Shown here piece after piece: positions 20,352-30,464 of a stretch of 64,000 nucleotides of DNA. Origin of the DNA: an uncultured Actinomycetes bacterium (GTDB lineage: Bacteria; Actinomycetota; UBA4738; HRBIN12). Positions within the stretch are counted from its first letter, which is position 1. The number at the start of each line of letters is the position of its first letter. The DNA lies in NCBI GenBank assembly GCA_963704725.1, contig OY969934.1, forward strand, positions 1,685,138-1,749,137, written 5' to 3'. The notes beneath the pieces were generated by a model. It worked only from the letters and a program-made list of their open reading frames with translations. It was not told where the DNA came from and made no database searches. Position numbers and translations under genes: made by a program.

Positions 20352-21231
20352 GATCGGGTCCTCCTGAGGGTTCGGCGGAGCGGTGTCGGAGCGCGACGGC
20401 CATGAAGGCGCCGGCCAGTGCGAGCAGGCCGAGGCCGAGGACCGCATCGGGGACGGGGTCGAGGAACCTGACGACCCGGACGGACTCCGACGACAGCCAG
20501 CGGCCGATGGCGAGCTGGAACCCCGGCGCCACGGTCGTGTCGCCCCGGACGGCGATGAAGAGCACGAAGAAGCCCATCGCGGCGAAGGCCGCGGCGACCG
20601 CGATGTTCACGGTGTTCGTGGCGACCCGGACCGGTCCGAGCCGGATCGCGACCGGCTTGGCCCGGAACAGGCGCCGCTCGCCGAGCTTGAGGCGGTCCCA
20701 GAACAGCGCCATGAGGAGCAGTGGGAAGACCATCCCGAACACGTAGGCCGCACCGAGCGTCGTCGCTCCGATCAGCGAGCCGGAGAGCGCCGACAGGGTC
20801 ATGACCCCGGCGAGCACAGGAGCGCAGCACGACGAGGCCACGCCGGAGAAGACGCCGAGGGCGTAGACGCCGGCCGCGTCGGTCCGGCGGACGGAGGGCG
20901 CGCGGATGAAGGACGGGAGGCTCCAGGTGTGCCCGGAGAAGGCGAGCGCGGCGAGCGCGAGCATCAGGATTCCGCCGCCGAGGAAGAAGCCGAGGTGGTA
21001 CCGGGCGAGCGTCGTCGAGACGAACCCGATGCCGAGGGTCACGGGCAGCAGCACGGTCCCGATCCCGAGGGCGAAGACGAACGTGAGCGGCAGCAGGCGC
21101 CACCGCCGCGCCTGGACCGCGGAGGCCAGGTACGCCGGAAAGAGGAACACGATGCAGCACGGGCTGAACAGCGCGATGCCGCCCGCGAAGAACGCGGCGA
21201 GGATCGATCCGGTCGTGAGCAGACCGCCCAT
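20224..21231 (-). CDS. ccdA: cytochrome c biogenesis / thiol-disulfide transporter CcdA (DsbD-like)
   Basis: Track ORF 20224..21459; start taken at MGGLLTTGSILAAFF (21231). Polytopic, with conserved Cys in FSPCCIVFLFPAYL and SSCCAPVLAGV. Confidence 0.8.
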   Translation of the reverse strand: MGGLLTTGSILAAFFAGGIALFSPCCIVFLFPAYLASAVQARRWRLLPLTFVFALGIGTVLLPVTLGIGFVSTTLARYHLGFFLGGGILMLALAALAFSGHTWSLPSFIRAPSVRRTDAAGVYALGVFSGVASSCCAPVLAGVMTLSALSGSLIGATTLGAAYVFGMVFPLLLMALFWDRLKLGERRLFRAKPVAIRLGPVRVATNTVNIAVAAAFAAMGFFVLFIAVRGDTTVAPGFQLAIGRWLSSESVRVVRFLDPVPDAVLGLGLLALAGAFMAVALRHRSAEPSGGPDHDHQDEGEASPLGTPPSSEAHCHAPRAETGRHAEEAIPGGRA

Positions 21232-21491
21232 CAGATCCGCTCGACCGTTCGCTCGAGCACCTTCCGGAGCTTCTTCGCGGGAAGCCGTCCCGAGCTGAAC
21301 GGGGTCCCGTCCACGAGCACGAGCGGCCACATCCCCGGCCGGTGCCGCTCCACGAGCTCGAGCCCGTCTTGCGATGCCGCATCGAGCTCCCGGACCCGCA
21401 GTGGGAACTCGGCCCCGAGCTCCGCCAGTCGGGCCCGAGCGTCGGCGCAGAAGTGGCATCCGAGCGCGGTCACGAGCACCACGTCGGTCAT
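21231..21491 (-). CDS. glutaredoxin-like small thioredoxin-fold protein
   Basis: 86 aa, C-terminal part of track ORF 21231..22346, starting MTDVVLVTALGCHFCADARA (CxxC). Translationally coupled to ccdA (overlapping stop/start). Confidence 0.7.
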   Translation of the reverse strand: MTDVVLVTALGCHFCADARARLAELGAEFPLRVRELDAASQDGLELVERHRPGMWPLVLVDGTPFSSGRLPAKKLRKVLERTVERI

Positions 21492-21742
21492 CGGCGCGAT
21501 CCGCGGACCCAGGCGTCGGGGGACGGTCGCCGGATGCGGTAGGGCATCCACAGCAGGAGCGGGAACCACAGCAGCAGGCCCGCGAGCAGGAACGACACGA
21601 GCGGTGCCCCCAGGACGATCGCGGCGAGGAGCCCGCTGCCGATCCCGCTCATGACGGCCACGGCGAGCACACGGGTCGAACGCCAGCCGCTTGGGCGGGC
21701 GCCGGCCCGGAGATCGTGCCGGATGGCTCGAAGCTCTCTCAT
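21488..21742 (-). CDS. small membrane protein, function unknown
   Basis: Track ORF of 84 aa with two hydrophobic helices; stop overlaps the glutaredoxin-like start. Start uncertain (internal Met possible). Confidence 0.4.
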   Translation of the reverse strand: MRELRAIRHDLRAGARPSGWRSTRVLAVAVMSGIGSGLLAAIVLGAPLVSFLLAGLLLWFPLLLWMPYRIRRPSPDAWVRGSRR

Positions 21743-21831
21743 CGGTGACCAGCTTCGGTTCCGGCTGTGAAGGAGCGGTGAAGCGAGGGCGAAAGCCGGA
21801 TGAGGAGGTCCGAGGGTGCCGGCCCGTTTGC

Positions 21832-21856
21832 TTAGGATACCCCCCTATGGTATGCT
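21832..21856. promoter_or_regulatory. CsoR-operator-like inverted repeat overlapping a promoter-like element
   Basis: TTAGGATACCCCCCTATGGTATGCT: ATACC and GGTAT arms flank a C-tract, the architecture of CsoR/RcnR operators; about 35 nt upstream of the csoR start and followed by an AAAGGAG RBS. Confidence 0.4.
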
Positions 21857-21890
21857 GCTCGGGCAGGTGCCCACGAAAGGAGCGTCCGCC

Positions 21891-22166
21891 GTGGCCGGGT
21901 ACAGCATGAACAAGAAGGACCTCCAGGATCGCCTGCGGCGGATCGAGGGGCAGATCCGGGGTCTCCAGCGGATGGTGGAGGCCGACCAGTACTGCATCGA
22001 CATCCTGACCCAGGTGAACTCGGCAACGGCGGCACTCAAGTCGGTCGGCATGGGGCTCCTCGACGACCACGTGCGCCACTGCGTGAAGGAGAGCATCGAG
22101 GCCGGCAGGAGCGACGAGAAGGTCGAGGAGCTGCTGGCCGCGGTGGCTCGGTTCGCGGGGAAGTGA
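21891..22166 (+). CDS. csoR: CsoR/RcnR-family metal-sensing transcriptional repressor
   Basis: Track ORF 21816..22166; start taken at GTG 21891 (about 8 nt after GGAG), ATG 21906 is the alternative. Candidate C-H-C ligand set (YCID...DDHVRHC). Confidence 0.85.
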   Translation: MAGYSMNKKDLQDRLRRIEGQIRGLQRMVEADQYCIDILTQVNSATAALKSVGMGLLDDHVRHCVKESIEAGRSDEKVEELLAAVARFAGK

Positions 22167-24322
22167 CGGAGATGGCCGAGACCACGATCGGCGACGACGT
22201 CCGCGAGCTCCGGCTCGACGTTCTCGGTATGACCTGCGGCTCCTGCGCCGCGCGGGTCGAGAAGACCCTGAACAAACAGGCGGGCGTGGAGGCGTCCGTG
22301 AACTTCGCGACGGGGGAGGCGCTCGTCCGTCTCTCGAACGGTGCACCCACCTTCGACCTACTTCGCGAGGCGGTGCGGGCTCGCGGGTACGACGTGCGCG
22401 AGCATGTCGACGAGGCCGAGGAGGCCGCTCGACGTGACGAGCGGGCCTGGCTGCGGCGCCTGGTCATCGCCTGGCCCCTCGCCATCGTCACGATGGCCAT
22501 CTCGATCCCCTTCATGGAGCAGACGTGGGCCCGGTGGACCGCGCTCGCGCTGGCCGCGCCGGTGCAGTTCTACGCGGGCTGGCCCTTCCTGAAGGGGGCG
22601 GCCATCCGCGCACGGAACTTCAGCGCCAACATGGACACGCTGATCGCGGTGGGCACGCTCGCCGCGTTCGCGTACTCGGTGTGGGCCCTGTTCGGCACCG
22701 AGGACCTGTACTTCGACACCTCGGCGGTGATCGTCGCCTTCATCGCGCTCGGCCGGTGGCTCGAAGCGCGGGCGAAGGGCCGGGCGTCGCAGGCCATCAA
22801 GCGGCTGCTCGAGATGGGGGCCAAGGAGGCTCGCGTCCTGCGCGACGACAAGGAGCTCCGGCTGCCGGTCGACGCCGTCAAGGTGGGGTGGCTCGTGAAA
22901 GTCCTTCCGGGCGAGAAGATCCCGGTGGACGGCCGCGTCGTCGACGGGGCCTCGGCGGTGGACGAGTCGATGCTCACCGGCGAGTCGGTGCCGGTCGAGA
23001 AGACCACCGGCGACGACGTGGCCGGGGCGACCGTCAACCTCGACGGCGTGATGGTGATCGAGGCGACGCGCGTCGGGCAGGACACGGCGCTCGCGCAGAT
23101 CGCCCGGCTCGTCGCCGAGGCGCAGGGCTCGAAGGCGCCGATCCAGCGCCTGGCCGACCAGGTGGCGGGGATCTTCGTCCCCGTCGTCATCGCGATCGCC
23201 GCGGTCACCGCGGTGGGGTGGTACCTGGTGGACGGGACCGTGCGCGACGCGCTCGTGCCCGCCGTCGCCGTCCTCATCATCGCGTGCCCCTGCGCGCTCG
23301 GGCTGGCCACGCCGGCCGCGCTGATGGTCGGCACGGGGCGGGGAGCTCAGCTCGGAGTCCTGATCCGGGGCGCCGAGGTCCTCGAGCGCTCGCGCAAGGT
23401 GGACACGATCGTCTTCGACAAGACCGGGACGCTCACCGAGGGCCGGATGCGGCTGGTCGAGACGGCCGGCTGCGTCGAGACCCTGGAGCGTGCGGCCGCC
23501 GTCGAGGCCGGGAGCGAGCACCCCATCGCCCGCGCGGTCGTCGAGGGCGCCGCCCGGCGCGGGGTCGTCGTTCCGGCCGCAGAGGGTTTCCGCTCGATCG
23601 CGGGTCGCGGTGCCCGGGCGACCGTGGACGGGCACGAGGTTCTGGTGGGGCGACGTTCGCTGCTCGAGTCCGAGGGACTGCACGTCCCGCCGTCGATCGA
23701 GCGCTACGCCGGAGGGTTCGAGGCCCAGGGTCACACGGTGTTCTGGGTCGGGTGGGGCGGCGAGGCGGCCGGGGTCGTCGCGGTCGCCGACACCCTGAAG
23801 GAGGGCGCGAACGAGGCGGTCACCCGGTTGCACGGGCTCGGCGTCCGCGTCGCGATGATCACCGGCGACAACCGCACCACCGCCGAGGCGATCGCGTCGC
23901 AGGTGGGCATCGATCGGGTCCTGGCCGAGGTGCACCCCGAGGACAAGGTCGAGGAGATCCGCCGGCTCCAGGGCGAGGGGCACGTCGTCGCCATGGTCGG
24001 CGACGGGATCAACGACGGGCCCGCGCTCGCTCAGGCCGACCTGGGCATCGCCATCGGTACCGGCACGGACGTCGCGATCGAGGCGAGCGACATCACGCTC
24101 ATCTCCGGGGACCTGGACGGCGTCGTGCGCGCCGTCGAGCTCTCGCGGACGACGTTCCGGACGATCCAACAGAACCTGGCCTGGGCGTTCGGCTACAACG
24201 TGGCCGCGATCCCGCTCGCCGCGTTCGGGCTGTTGAACCCCATCATCGCCGGGGCGGCGATGGCGGCCTCGTCGGTGTCCGTGCTGACGAACTCGTTGCG
24301 GTTGCGGCGGTTCGGGAGATGA
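22163..24322 (+). CDS. copA: copper-translocating P1B-type ATPase
   Basis: 719 aa; HMA domain [14 protein letters not shown] motif CPC ([13 protein letters not shown]), [17 protein letters not shown]. Start overlaps the csoR stop. Confidence 0.95.
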   Translation: MTEMAETTIGDDVRELRLDVLGMTCGSCAARVEKTLNKQAGVEASVNFATGEALVRLSNGAPTFDLLREAVRARGYDVREHVDEAEEAARRDERAWLRRLVIAWPLAIVTMAISIPFMEQTWARWTALALAAPVQFYAGWPFLKGAAIRARNFSANMDTLIAVGTLAAFAYSVWALFGTEDLYFDTSAVIVAFIALGRWLEARAKGRASQAIKRLLEMGAKEARVLRDDKELRLPVDAVKVGWLVKVLPGEKIPVDGRVVDGASAVDESMLTGESVPVEKTTGDDVAGATVNLDGVMVIEATRVGQDTALAQIARLVAEAQGSKAPIQRLADQVAGIFVPVVIAIAAVTAVGWYLVDGTVRDALVPAVAVLIIACPCALGLATPAALMVGTGRGAQLGVLIRGAEVLERSRKVDTIVFDKTGTLTEGRMRLVETAGCVETLERAAAVEAGSEHPIARAVVEGAARRGVVVPAAEGFRSIAGRGARATVDGHEVLVGRRSLLESEGLHVPPSIERYAGGFEAQGHTVFWVGWGGEAAGVVAVADTLKEGANEAVTRLHGLGVRVAMITGDNRTTAEAIASQVGIDRVLAEVHPEDKVEEIRRLQGEGHVVAMVGDGINDGPALAQADLGIAIGTGTDVAIEASDITLISGDLDGVVRAVELSRTTFRTIQQNLAWAFGYNVAAIPLAAFGLLNPIIAGAAMAASSVSVLTNSLRLRRFGR

Positions 24323-26739
24323 GGCACCCCACGGATCACCACGGGCCGGCGACGGTGGTTCTCCACGTCGGCGGGCTCAACTGGGCCTCCCAGAAGGGCG
24401 TGGCAGAGACCGTCCTCAGGCGCCGGCCCGGCGTGACCTCCGTCGACGCGAACCCCGTGGCTCAGACCGCCACCGTCACCTTCGACCCGGCACGAACGTC
24501 CGTGGCGGACCTTCAACGGTGGTTGCGGGAGTGCGGGCTCCAGTGCGCCGGGCAGTCGGTCCCCACGCACCTCTGCGACCCCATGGCGGAGCCGGTCACC
24601 GGAGACGAGAGCCGCGAGACCGCGATGGAGCACGGAGGCCACGAGATGGCGACGGATGCCGGCCTTCGCTCGCCGCACGAGACGACGGGGCACGGCGGGG
24701 ACGCGGGGATGTCGATGGAGCAGATGGTCCGTGACATGCGGAACCGGTTCGTGGTCGCGGCCGTGCTGTCGGTCCCGATCCTGCTGTGGTCGCCGATCGG
24801 GCGGGACGTCATCGGCTTCCACGCCGCAGCGCCCCTCGGCCTCTCGGATGCGTGGTTCCAGCTCCTGCTGAGCCTGCCGGTCGTCTTCTATTCGGGGTGG
24901 ATCTTCTTCGACGGCGCGTACCAGGCCCTGCGACACGGAACGCTCGACATGATGGTGCTGGTCGCGGTGGCGATCGGGGCGGGGTGGTCGTACTCGGTGG
25001 TCGCGACGATCGCCGGAGGCGAGGAGGTGTTCTTCGAGGCCGCCGCGGTGCTGGCCGCGTTCGTGCTCCTGGGGCACTGGTTCGAGATGCGGGCCCGCGG
25101 CGGTGCGAACGACGCGATCCGCACGCTGCTCGATCTCGCGCCGGCGATGGCGGTGGTGCTCCGTGAGGGCGAGCCCGTCGAGATCCCGACGGCCGAGGTG
25201 GTCGTGGGTGATCTCCTCCTGGTCCGGCCGGGGAGCAAGATCGCGGTCGACGGGGTCGTCGAGGAAGGGGAGACCGACGTCGACGAGTCCATGGTCACCG
25301 GCGAGAGCTTGCCGGTTCACAAGACATCCGGATCCGGGGTCATCGGCGCGACGATCAACCGGAACGGAACGATGCGCGTGCGCGCCACGAAGATCGGGGC
25401 CGACACGGCCCTGGCCCAGATCGTGAAGCTCGTCCAGGAGGCCCAGAACTCCAAGGCGCCCGGACAGCGGCTCGCCGACCGGGCGGCCTTCTGGCTCGTC
25501 CTGGTCGCGCTGATCGGCGGCACCGGGACCCTCCTGGCATGGCTCGCCGCCGGCCGCCCGCTGGACGAGGCCATCCTGTTCGCCATCACCGTGGTCGTCA
25601 TCACGTGTCCGGACGCGCTCGGCCTGGCCACTCCCACGGCGATCATGGTCGGCACCGGTCTCGGCGCCGCCCGGGGCATCCTGTTCAAGAACGCGGTGGC
25701 GCTGGAGGAGAGCGCCCGGATCCAGGTCGTCGTCGTGGACAAGACCGGGACCCTGACCAAGGGGGAGCCGGAGGTCACGGACGTGATCGCCGAAGGCCTC
25801 CCGGACGATGACCTCCTCCGCCTCGTGGCCGCGGTCGAGCGGGAGTCCGAGCACCCGCTGGCCGAGGCGATCGTTCGCCACGCCGACGCCCTGGGGCTCC
25901 GGGCCGCCGGGGCCGAGGCGTTCGAGAACGTTCCCGGCCACGGCGCGTTTGCCACCGTCGAAGGGCGGCGCGTCGCCGTCGGGAACCGCAGGCTCATGGA
26001 GCGCGAGGGGATCGCCCTGGGGGCGCTGGAGGACCGCCGCCGGCAGCTCGCGGCGAACGGCAAGACCGCGGTGATCGCGGCGGTGGACGGCCGCGCGTGC
26101 GCGGTCATCGGCGTCGCCGACGCGGTCCGGCCGTCGTCCCGCGCCGCGGTGTCGGCGCTCGCCGAGACCGGGGTGGAGGTCGTCATGCTGACCGGTGACA
26201 ACGAGGCCACGGCCGCGCGGATCGCCCGAGAGCTCGGCATCGGCTCGGTCATCGCCGAGGTGCTCCCCGGCGACAAGGCGGCCAGGATCGCCGAGCTCCA
26301 GCGCGGCGGGCGCCGGGTGGCCATGGTCGGCGACGGCGTGAACGACGCGCCGGCGCTCGCGCAGGCCGACCTCGGCATCGCCATCGGCGCCGGGACGGAC
26401 GTCGCGATCGAGACGGCGGACGTGGTCCTGATGCGCTCCGACCCGCTCGACGTGGCGACGGCGCTGCGGATCGGGCGAGGGACGCTCCGGAAGATGCGGC
26501 AGAACCTGGGCTGGGCCGTGGGCTACAACGCCATCGCCCTGCCCATCGCGGCGGGGGTCTTCGAGCCCGCCTTCGGGCTCACGCTGCGCCCGGAGATCGC
26601 CGCCCTCTCGATGTCGGGCTCGAGCCTGATCGTGGCCGTGAACGCGCTCGCGCTGCGGAGACTCCGACTGCCCCGCGCGGTGGGTGATGGGGGCGAGACG
26701 GCCCCGGCGACGGTGGAGCTCGTGGAGCGGGCGGCGTGA
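24319..26739 (+). CDS. second heavy-metal P1B-type ATPase (CopB-like) with CPD motif and Cys-less HMA-like N-terminus
   Basis: In-frame C-terminal 806 aa of track ORF 22525..26739; ATG at 24319 overlaps the copA stop (ATGA). DKTGTLT and [10 protein letters not shown] present; ion-path motif reads [12 protein letters not shown]; N-terminal [13 protein letters not shown] is an HMA fold without the CxxC; His/Met-rich linker. Confidence 0.85.
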   Translation: MRHPTDHHGPATVVLHVGGLNWASQKGVAETVLRRRPGVTSVDANPVAQTATVTFDPARTSVADLQRWLRECGLQCAGQSVPTHLCDPMAEPVTGDESRETAMEHGGHEMATDAGLRSPHETTGHGGDAGMSMEQMVRDMRNRFVVAAVLSVPILLWSPIGRDVIGFHAAAPLGLSDAWFQLLLSLPVVFYSGWIFFDGAYQALRHGTLDMMVLVAVAIGAGWSYSVVATIAGGEEVFFEAAAVLAAFVLLGHWFEMRARGGANDAIRTLLDLAPAMAVVLREGEPVEIPTAEVVVGDLLLVRPGSKIAVDGVVEEGETDVDESMVTGESLPVHKTSGSGVIGATINRNGTMRVRATKIGADTALAQIVKLVQEAQNSKAPGQRLADRAAFWLVLVALIGGTGTLLAWLAAGRPLDEAILFAITVVVITCPDALGLATPTAIMVGTGLGAARGILFKNAVALEESARIQVVVVDKTGTLTKGEPEVTDVIAEGLPDDDLLRLVAAVERESEHPLAEAIVRHADALGLRAAGAEAFENVPGHGAFATVEGRRVAVGNRRLMEREGIALGALEDRRRQLAANGKTAVIAAVDGRACAVIGVADAVRPSSRAAVSALAETGVEVVMLTGDNEATAARIARELGIGSVIAEVLPGDKAARIAELQRGGRRVAMVGDGVNDAPALAQADLGIAIGAGTDVAIETADVVLMRSDPLDVATALRIGRGTLRKMRQNLGWAVGYNAIALPIAAGVFEPAFGLTLRPEIAALSMSGSSLIVAVNALALRRLRLPRAVGDGGETAPATVELVERAA

Positions 26740-26810
26740 GCGCCGAGGAATCCCGAGCGCTCCCTCGGGTGTTGGCAAGGGGGGGAACGTGGCGAACGTG
26801 AGTACTCTGA

Positions 26811-27641
26811 GTGGAGGAACGGATGAACCGAGCAGATGAGATGACCGAGATGCGAGTGCCCGAACCCGTCGTGATCGAGGCGACCGATCAGAACTTCATG
26901 GACACGGTCGTCGAGGAGTCCAAGCGCCGACCCGTCGTGGTCGACCTGTGGGCGACCTGGTGCGGTCCGTGCCGCACCCTCGGGCCGATGCTGGAGAAGG
27001 TGGCCGGCGAGCGCGGCGGGGACTTCCTCCTGGCCAAGCTCGACGTCGATGCCAACCCCTACACGGCCGGACAGTTCGGGGTGCAGAGCATCCCGACCGT
27101 CGTCGGCTTCAAGGACGGGCGGCCGGTGGACGGGTTCGTCGGCGCGATCCCGGAGGCCATGATCAACGAGTTCGTCGACCGCCTCCTGCCCACGGTGGCG
27201 GATCTCGGCGCGCAGCAGGGACTGGAGCGCGAGCTGGACGGGGACCTGCCCGACGCCGAGAAGACCTACCGGGACGCGCTCGAGACCGACGCCGGCAACC
27301 GGGAGGCGAGGCTCGGCCTCGGCCGCGTCCTGGCGGAGACCGGTCGGGAGGACGAGGCGCGGGAGACCCTGATGCCCCTGCTGCCCGACCCCGACGCCGA
27401 GCGCGTGCTGGCCGAGCTCGAGGTCCGCTCCTGGGCGGAGCTCTCGGAGCCCGGGACGCTCGCCAGCGCCAAACGGCTCGCCGCACAGGGCCGGTTCCGC
27501 GAGGCGCTCGACGGCATGCTCGGGTCGCTCTCGGACGACCCGGACGCGCGCCCGGCCGTGCTCGACGTGTTCGCGATCCTTGGGGACGAGGACCCCCTCG
27601 TGACCGAGTACCGGCGCAAGCTGGCGAACGCGCTGTTCTGA
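26811..27641 (+). CDS. thioredoxin-domain protein with C-terminal TPR-like region (YbbN-like)
   Basis: 276 aa; WCGPC active site followed by a helical repeat region. Confidence 0.8.
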   Translation: MEERMNRADEMTEMRVPEPVVIEATDQNFMDTVVEESKRRPVVVDLWATWCGPCRTLGPMLEKVAGERGGDFLLAKLDVDANPYTAGQFGVQSIPTVVGFKDGRPVDGFVGAIPEAMINEFVDRLLPTVADLGAQQGLERELDGDLPDAEKTYRDALETDAGNREARLGLGRVLAETGREDEARETLMPLLPDPDAERVLAELEVRSWAELSEPGTLASAKRLAAQGRFREALDGMLGSLSDDPDARPAVLDVFAILGDEDPLVTEYRRKLANALF

Positions 27642-27696
27642 TGGCGGGGAGCTCATGCAGCGGGACGGCGGGCGAGCGTAGCCTCCACGGAGCCTG

Positions 27697-28434
27697 ATGG
27701 ACGTCCACGACCTGATCCGCGAGTTCTGGGACGCCGACTCGCACACGTACGACGCCACCAAGTCGCACGCCATCTCGGACCCGCTCGAGGCCGCCGCGTG
27801 GCGCCGGGCGCTCCGCGAGGCGTTGCCGGATCCGGACGCGGAGGTCCTCGACGTGGGCGCCGGCACGGGGGCGCTCGCGCTGCTCGCCGCGGAGCTCGGA
27901 TACGAGGTCACGGCGCTGGACCTGTCCTCGGGCATGCTCGGCCGGGCCGAGGCCAAGGCTCGGGAGCGCGGTCTCGGCGACCGCATGCGGTTCGTCGTGG
28001 GCTCGGCCACCGAGCCGCCGGCCGGGCCGTTCGACGCGGTGATGGAGCGGCACCTGCTGTGGACGCTCCCGGACCCCGTCGACGCCCTGCGGGCGTGGCG
28101 GAAGGTCGCGAGACGCCTCGTGCTGTTCGAGGGCGTGTGGGGGCACGCGGATCTGTCGCAGCGGGTCAAGGACCTCGCCGCGGTGACGCTTCGCAGGGTC
28201 ATCGGCACGCCGCCCGACCACCACGCCCCGTACCCGGAGGACGTACTCGCCGAGCTCCCGCTGGCGCGGGGGTCCTCGCCCGTCCCGATGATCGACGCCG
28301 TCGTCGAGGCGGGATGGACGGGGGTGCGGATCAAGCGGCTCCGCGACGTCGAGTGGGCGGCCAGGCTTCACGAGGGGTGGCCGTTCGGATGGCTCGAGCA
28401 TCGGCCGCGCTACGTGATCGCGGCGGACGCCTAG
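27697..28434 (+). CDS. class I SAM-dependent methyltransferase
   Basis: 245 aa; motif I LDVGAGTG. Confidence 0.8.
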   Translation: MDVHDLIREFWDADSHTYDATKSHAISDPLEAAAWRRALREALPDPDAEVLDVGAGTGALALLAAELGYEVTALDLSSGMLGRAEAKARERGLGDRMRFVVGSATEPPAGPFDAVMERHLLWTLPDPVDALRAWRKVARRLVLFEGVWGHADLSQRVKDLAAVTLRRVIGTPPDHHAPYPEDVLAELPLARGSSPVPMIDAVVEAGWTGVRIKRLRDVEWAARLHEGWPFGWLEHRPRYVIAADA

Positions 28435-30402
28435 TCAGCGCGCCGGCACCGCGATCGTGACGTGCACCGGTAGGTGATCGGACGCCTGCACCGTCCCGAT
28501 CCGAAAGCCCAGGATCTCGATGTCCGGCGTGACGAAGAGCCACGAGACACGGTCGCAGGTGGAGGTCGGTTCCGCGGAGGTCGTGCGGCATGGATCGCCG
28601 GTCGCGTCCTCGGCGTCGACCAGGCCGGCGCTCGTGAAGCGCAGGACGTCCGCCGTGTCGGTGGGCTGCATGTTGAGGTCGCCGGCGATGATCGCCGGCT
28701 CGAACCCGTCCCATGCGTCCAACAGGGCCTCGATCTGCTCGGGCCGGTCTCCCTCCAGGTGGGCGTCGACCACGAGGAGCGTGCCCGCGGATCCGAGATC
28801 GAGCCGGACGGCAAGGTAGCTCCGACGCTGCTTCCCAGGCACGTCGGGGAGAGGCCCTGCGGAGACGAGGGTCATCGGCAGTCGCGACAGGATGACGTTG
28901 CCGAACTGTCCGTCGGCGGCTGGCTCGTACCGGTACGGCATGTCGAGTCGCTGCTGGATGCGCGCCAGGACGTCGCCGCCGCCGAAGATCGGCCATCCTC
29001 GGGCGACCTCCTGCAGGACGACCACGTCGGGGTTCGACGAGGCGATCGCCCGAGCCACGTCGTCGGGGTCGAGCTGTCCCCGGACGTTCACGGAGCCCCG
29101 GATGTTGTACTGGACCACGCGAACCTCTCGACGCTGCAACGCGGCCGGGTCGGCGGAAGGCCGGTCCACCCACAGCCAGCCACCGAGCACGATCGCCGCG
29201 GCGGCGACGATGGCCGCCGCGGCGAGGGCGAAGCGAGGGTCGGCGCCCGTGACGATCGCGTTCCCGGATGCCCACCGGCGCACGAGGGCGACGAGCAGGG
29301 CGAGCGCCGCGACCGCGGGAAGGATCTCGCGGGGGAACGGGAGCGGGGTGTCGATGTCGAGCTGCCACAGCAGCACCAACAGGACGAACGACATGCTGGC
29401 GCCCCACACACCGAGCATCGCTCGCCGAGTCCCGCCTCCGGTCGTTGCGATCGACTCCGCAATGACCACCGTGACGAGAGGCTGGAGCACCACCACGACC
29501 GCGATCGCCGGCGCCCCGCTCGAGGCGGTGAGGAACCAGGCGAGCGGTACGCCCAGGGCCGCGACGAACGCGAGGAGGGATCGGGGGATCGTGCCGCGAG
29601 ACAGAAGCGTGAGGGCCGCGAGGGCGAGGGCATCCGCCCCGAGCACGACGAACGTGGCCGCCGCGAAGCCCACCCGCCCCTGCGATGCCACGTAGCCGAG
29701 GTTCTGCAGGAACAGCAGCTGCAGCATCAGGTACGGGCCGAGCGTGACGGGGGCGAGGCCCCCCGTCTCGTGGACGCCGGCCGGTGCGCGCCGGATCCAT
29801 CGGAGCAGCACGACCGTGGCGACGGCGACGAGAAGGAGGCTGAGCGTCATCGCTCCCGGGCCCCCCTGCCACGCGAGATCCCAGGAGCGGTACGGCGCTC
29901 GCAGGGCGGAGTCGAGTGCGAGCCCCGCCACGACGCCGGTCGCCAGCGCGCGCGGCCTCTCACGAAGGGCGCCGACACACAGCGCCGCCCCGACCAGCGT
30001 CACGGCGGTCCCCGCCATCGCCAGCCACGTGGGGATCGGATGCACGAGCTGCACCGCCAGCCGGGCCATCACGATGGCGCCCGCGCCGGCCACGACCCGG
30101 CCCCGGAGATCGAGTCGCACGAGCGCCAGCGCCATCACCGGCGCGGCATAGACGCCGATCGCGATCCCGCCGGCGAGGAGGAAGCTCCGATCCTCGCCCA
30201 GCAGGTACATGAGCGGGAACATCGTCCTCGCAACCTGCGCCGCGGCGGCGACTAGGATGGCGATCAGGACGATCGCCACTCGATCGGTACCCCCTCGCTC
30301 CTCTCCGGACGCCGAGCCCGTCGAACGGTGGCGAGGGAGGTCCTGGGTGCCGCGGAGCCGAGAGCGAACCCGCATCATGGCCCCCTTCGCCGGCGACGGC
30401 AT
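28435..30402 (-). CDS. polytopic membrane protein with C-terminal endonuclease/exonuclease/phosphatase (EEP) domain
   Basis: Track ORF 28435..30465; about 400 aa of TM helices then EEP-like region (VRVVQYNIRG...VVVLQEV...DHLPVHVTIAV). Start uncertain (Met at 30402 or 30378). Confidence 0.7.
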   Translation of the reverse strand: MPSPAKGAMMRVRSRLRGTQDLPRHRSTGSASGEERGGTDRVAIVLIAILVAAAAQVARTMFPLMYLLGEDRSFLLAGGIAIGVYAAPVMALALVRLDLRGRVVAGAGAIVMARLAVQLVHPIPTWLAMAGTAVTLVGAALCVGALRERPRALATGVVAGLALDSALRAPYRSWDLAWQGGPGAMTLSLLLVAVATVVLLRWIRRAPAGVHETGGLAPVTLGPYLMLQLLFLQNLGYVASQGRVGFAAATFVVLGADALALAALTLLSRGTIPRSLLAFVAALGVPLAWFLTASSGAPAIAVVVVLQPLVTVVIAESIATTGGGTRRAMLGVWGASMSFVLLVLLWQLDIDTPLPFPREILPAVAALALLVALVRRWASGNAIVTGADPRFALAAAAIVAAAAIVLGGWLWVDRPSADPAALQRREVRVVQYNIRGSVNVRGQLDPDDVARAIASSNPDVVVLQEVARGWPIFGGGDVLARIQQRLDMPYRYEPAADGQFGNVILSRLPMTLVSAGPLPDVPGKQRRSYLAVRLDLGSAGTLLVVDAHLEGDRPEQIEALLDAWDGFEPAIIAGDLNMQPTDTADVLRFTSAGLVDAEDATGDPCRTTSAEPTSTCDRVSWLFVTPDIEILGFRIGTVQASDHLPVHVTIAVPAR

Positions 30403-30464
30403 CCGCGTCCGAGGGCCCCGGTCAAAGGACGAAGGGCCCCTACGGACCCGGCCCCGGTGGCGCA

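Noticed and set aside
22525-24318. First ~600 aa of the 1404-aa track ORF 22525..26739
   Set aside because: Out-of-frame read-through across copA (Arg/Gly-rich); the real second ATPase starts at the ATG at 24319 overlapping the copA stop.
26752-26775. Hairpin CCCGAG-N6-CTCGGG downstream of the second ATPase as a terminator
   Set aside because: Stem is only 6 bp and the downstream tract is not convincingly T-rich; too weak to call.
28331-29872. 513-aa minus-strand ORF, and the plus-strand ORF 28474..30255
   Set aside because: Alternative frames over the EEP membrane protein gene; both are Arg/Gly/Pro/Asp-rich with no TM helices or motifs.
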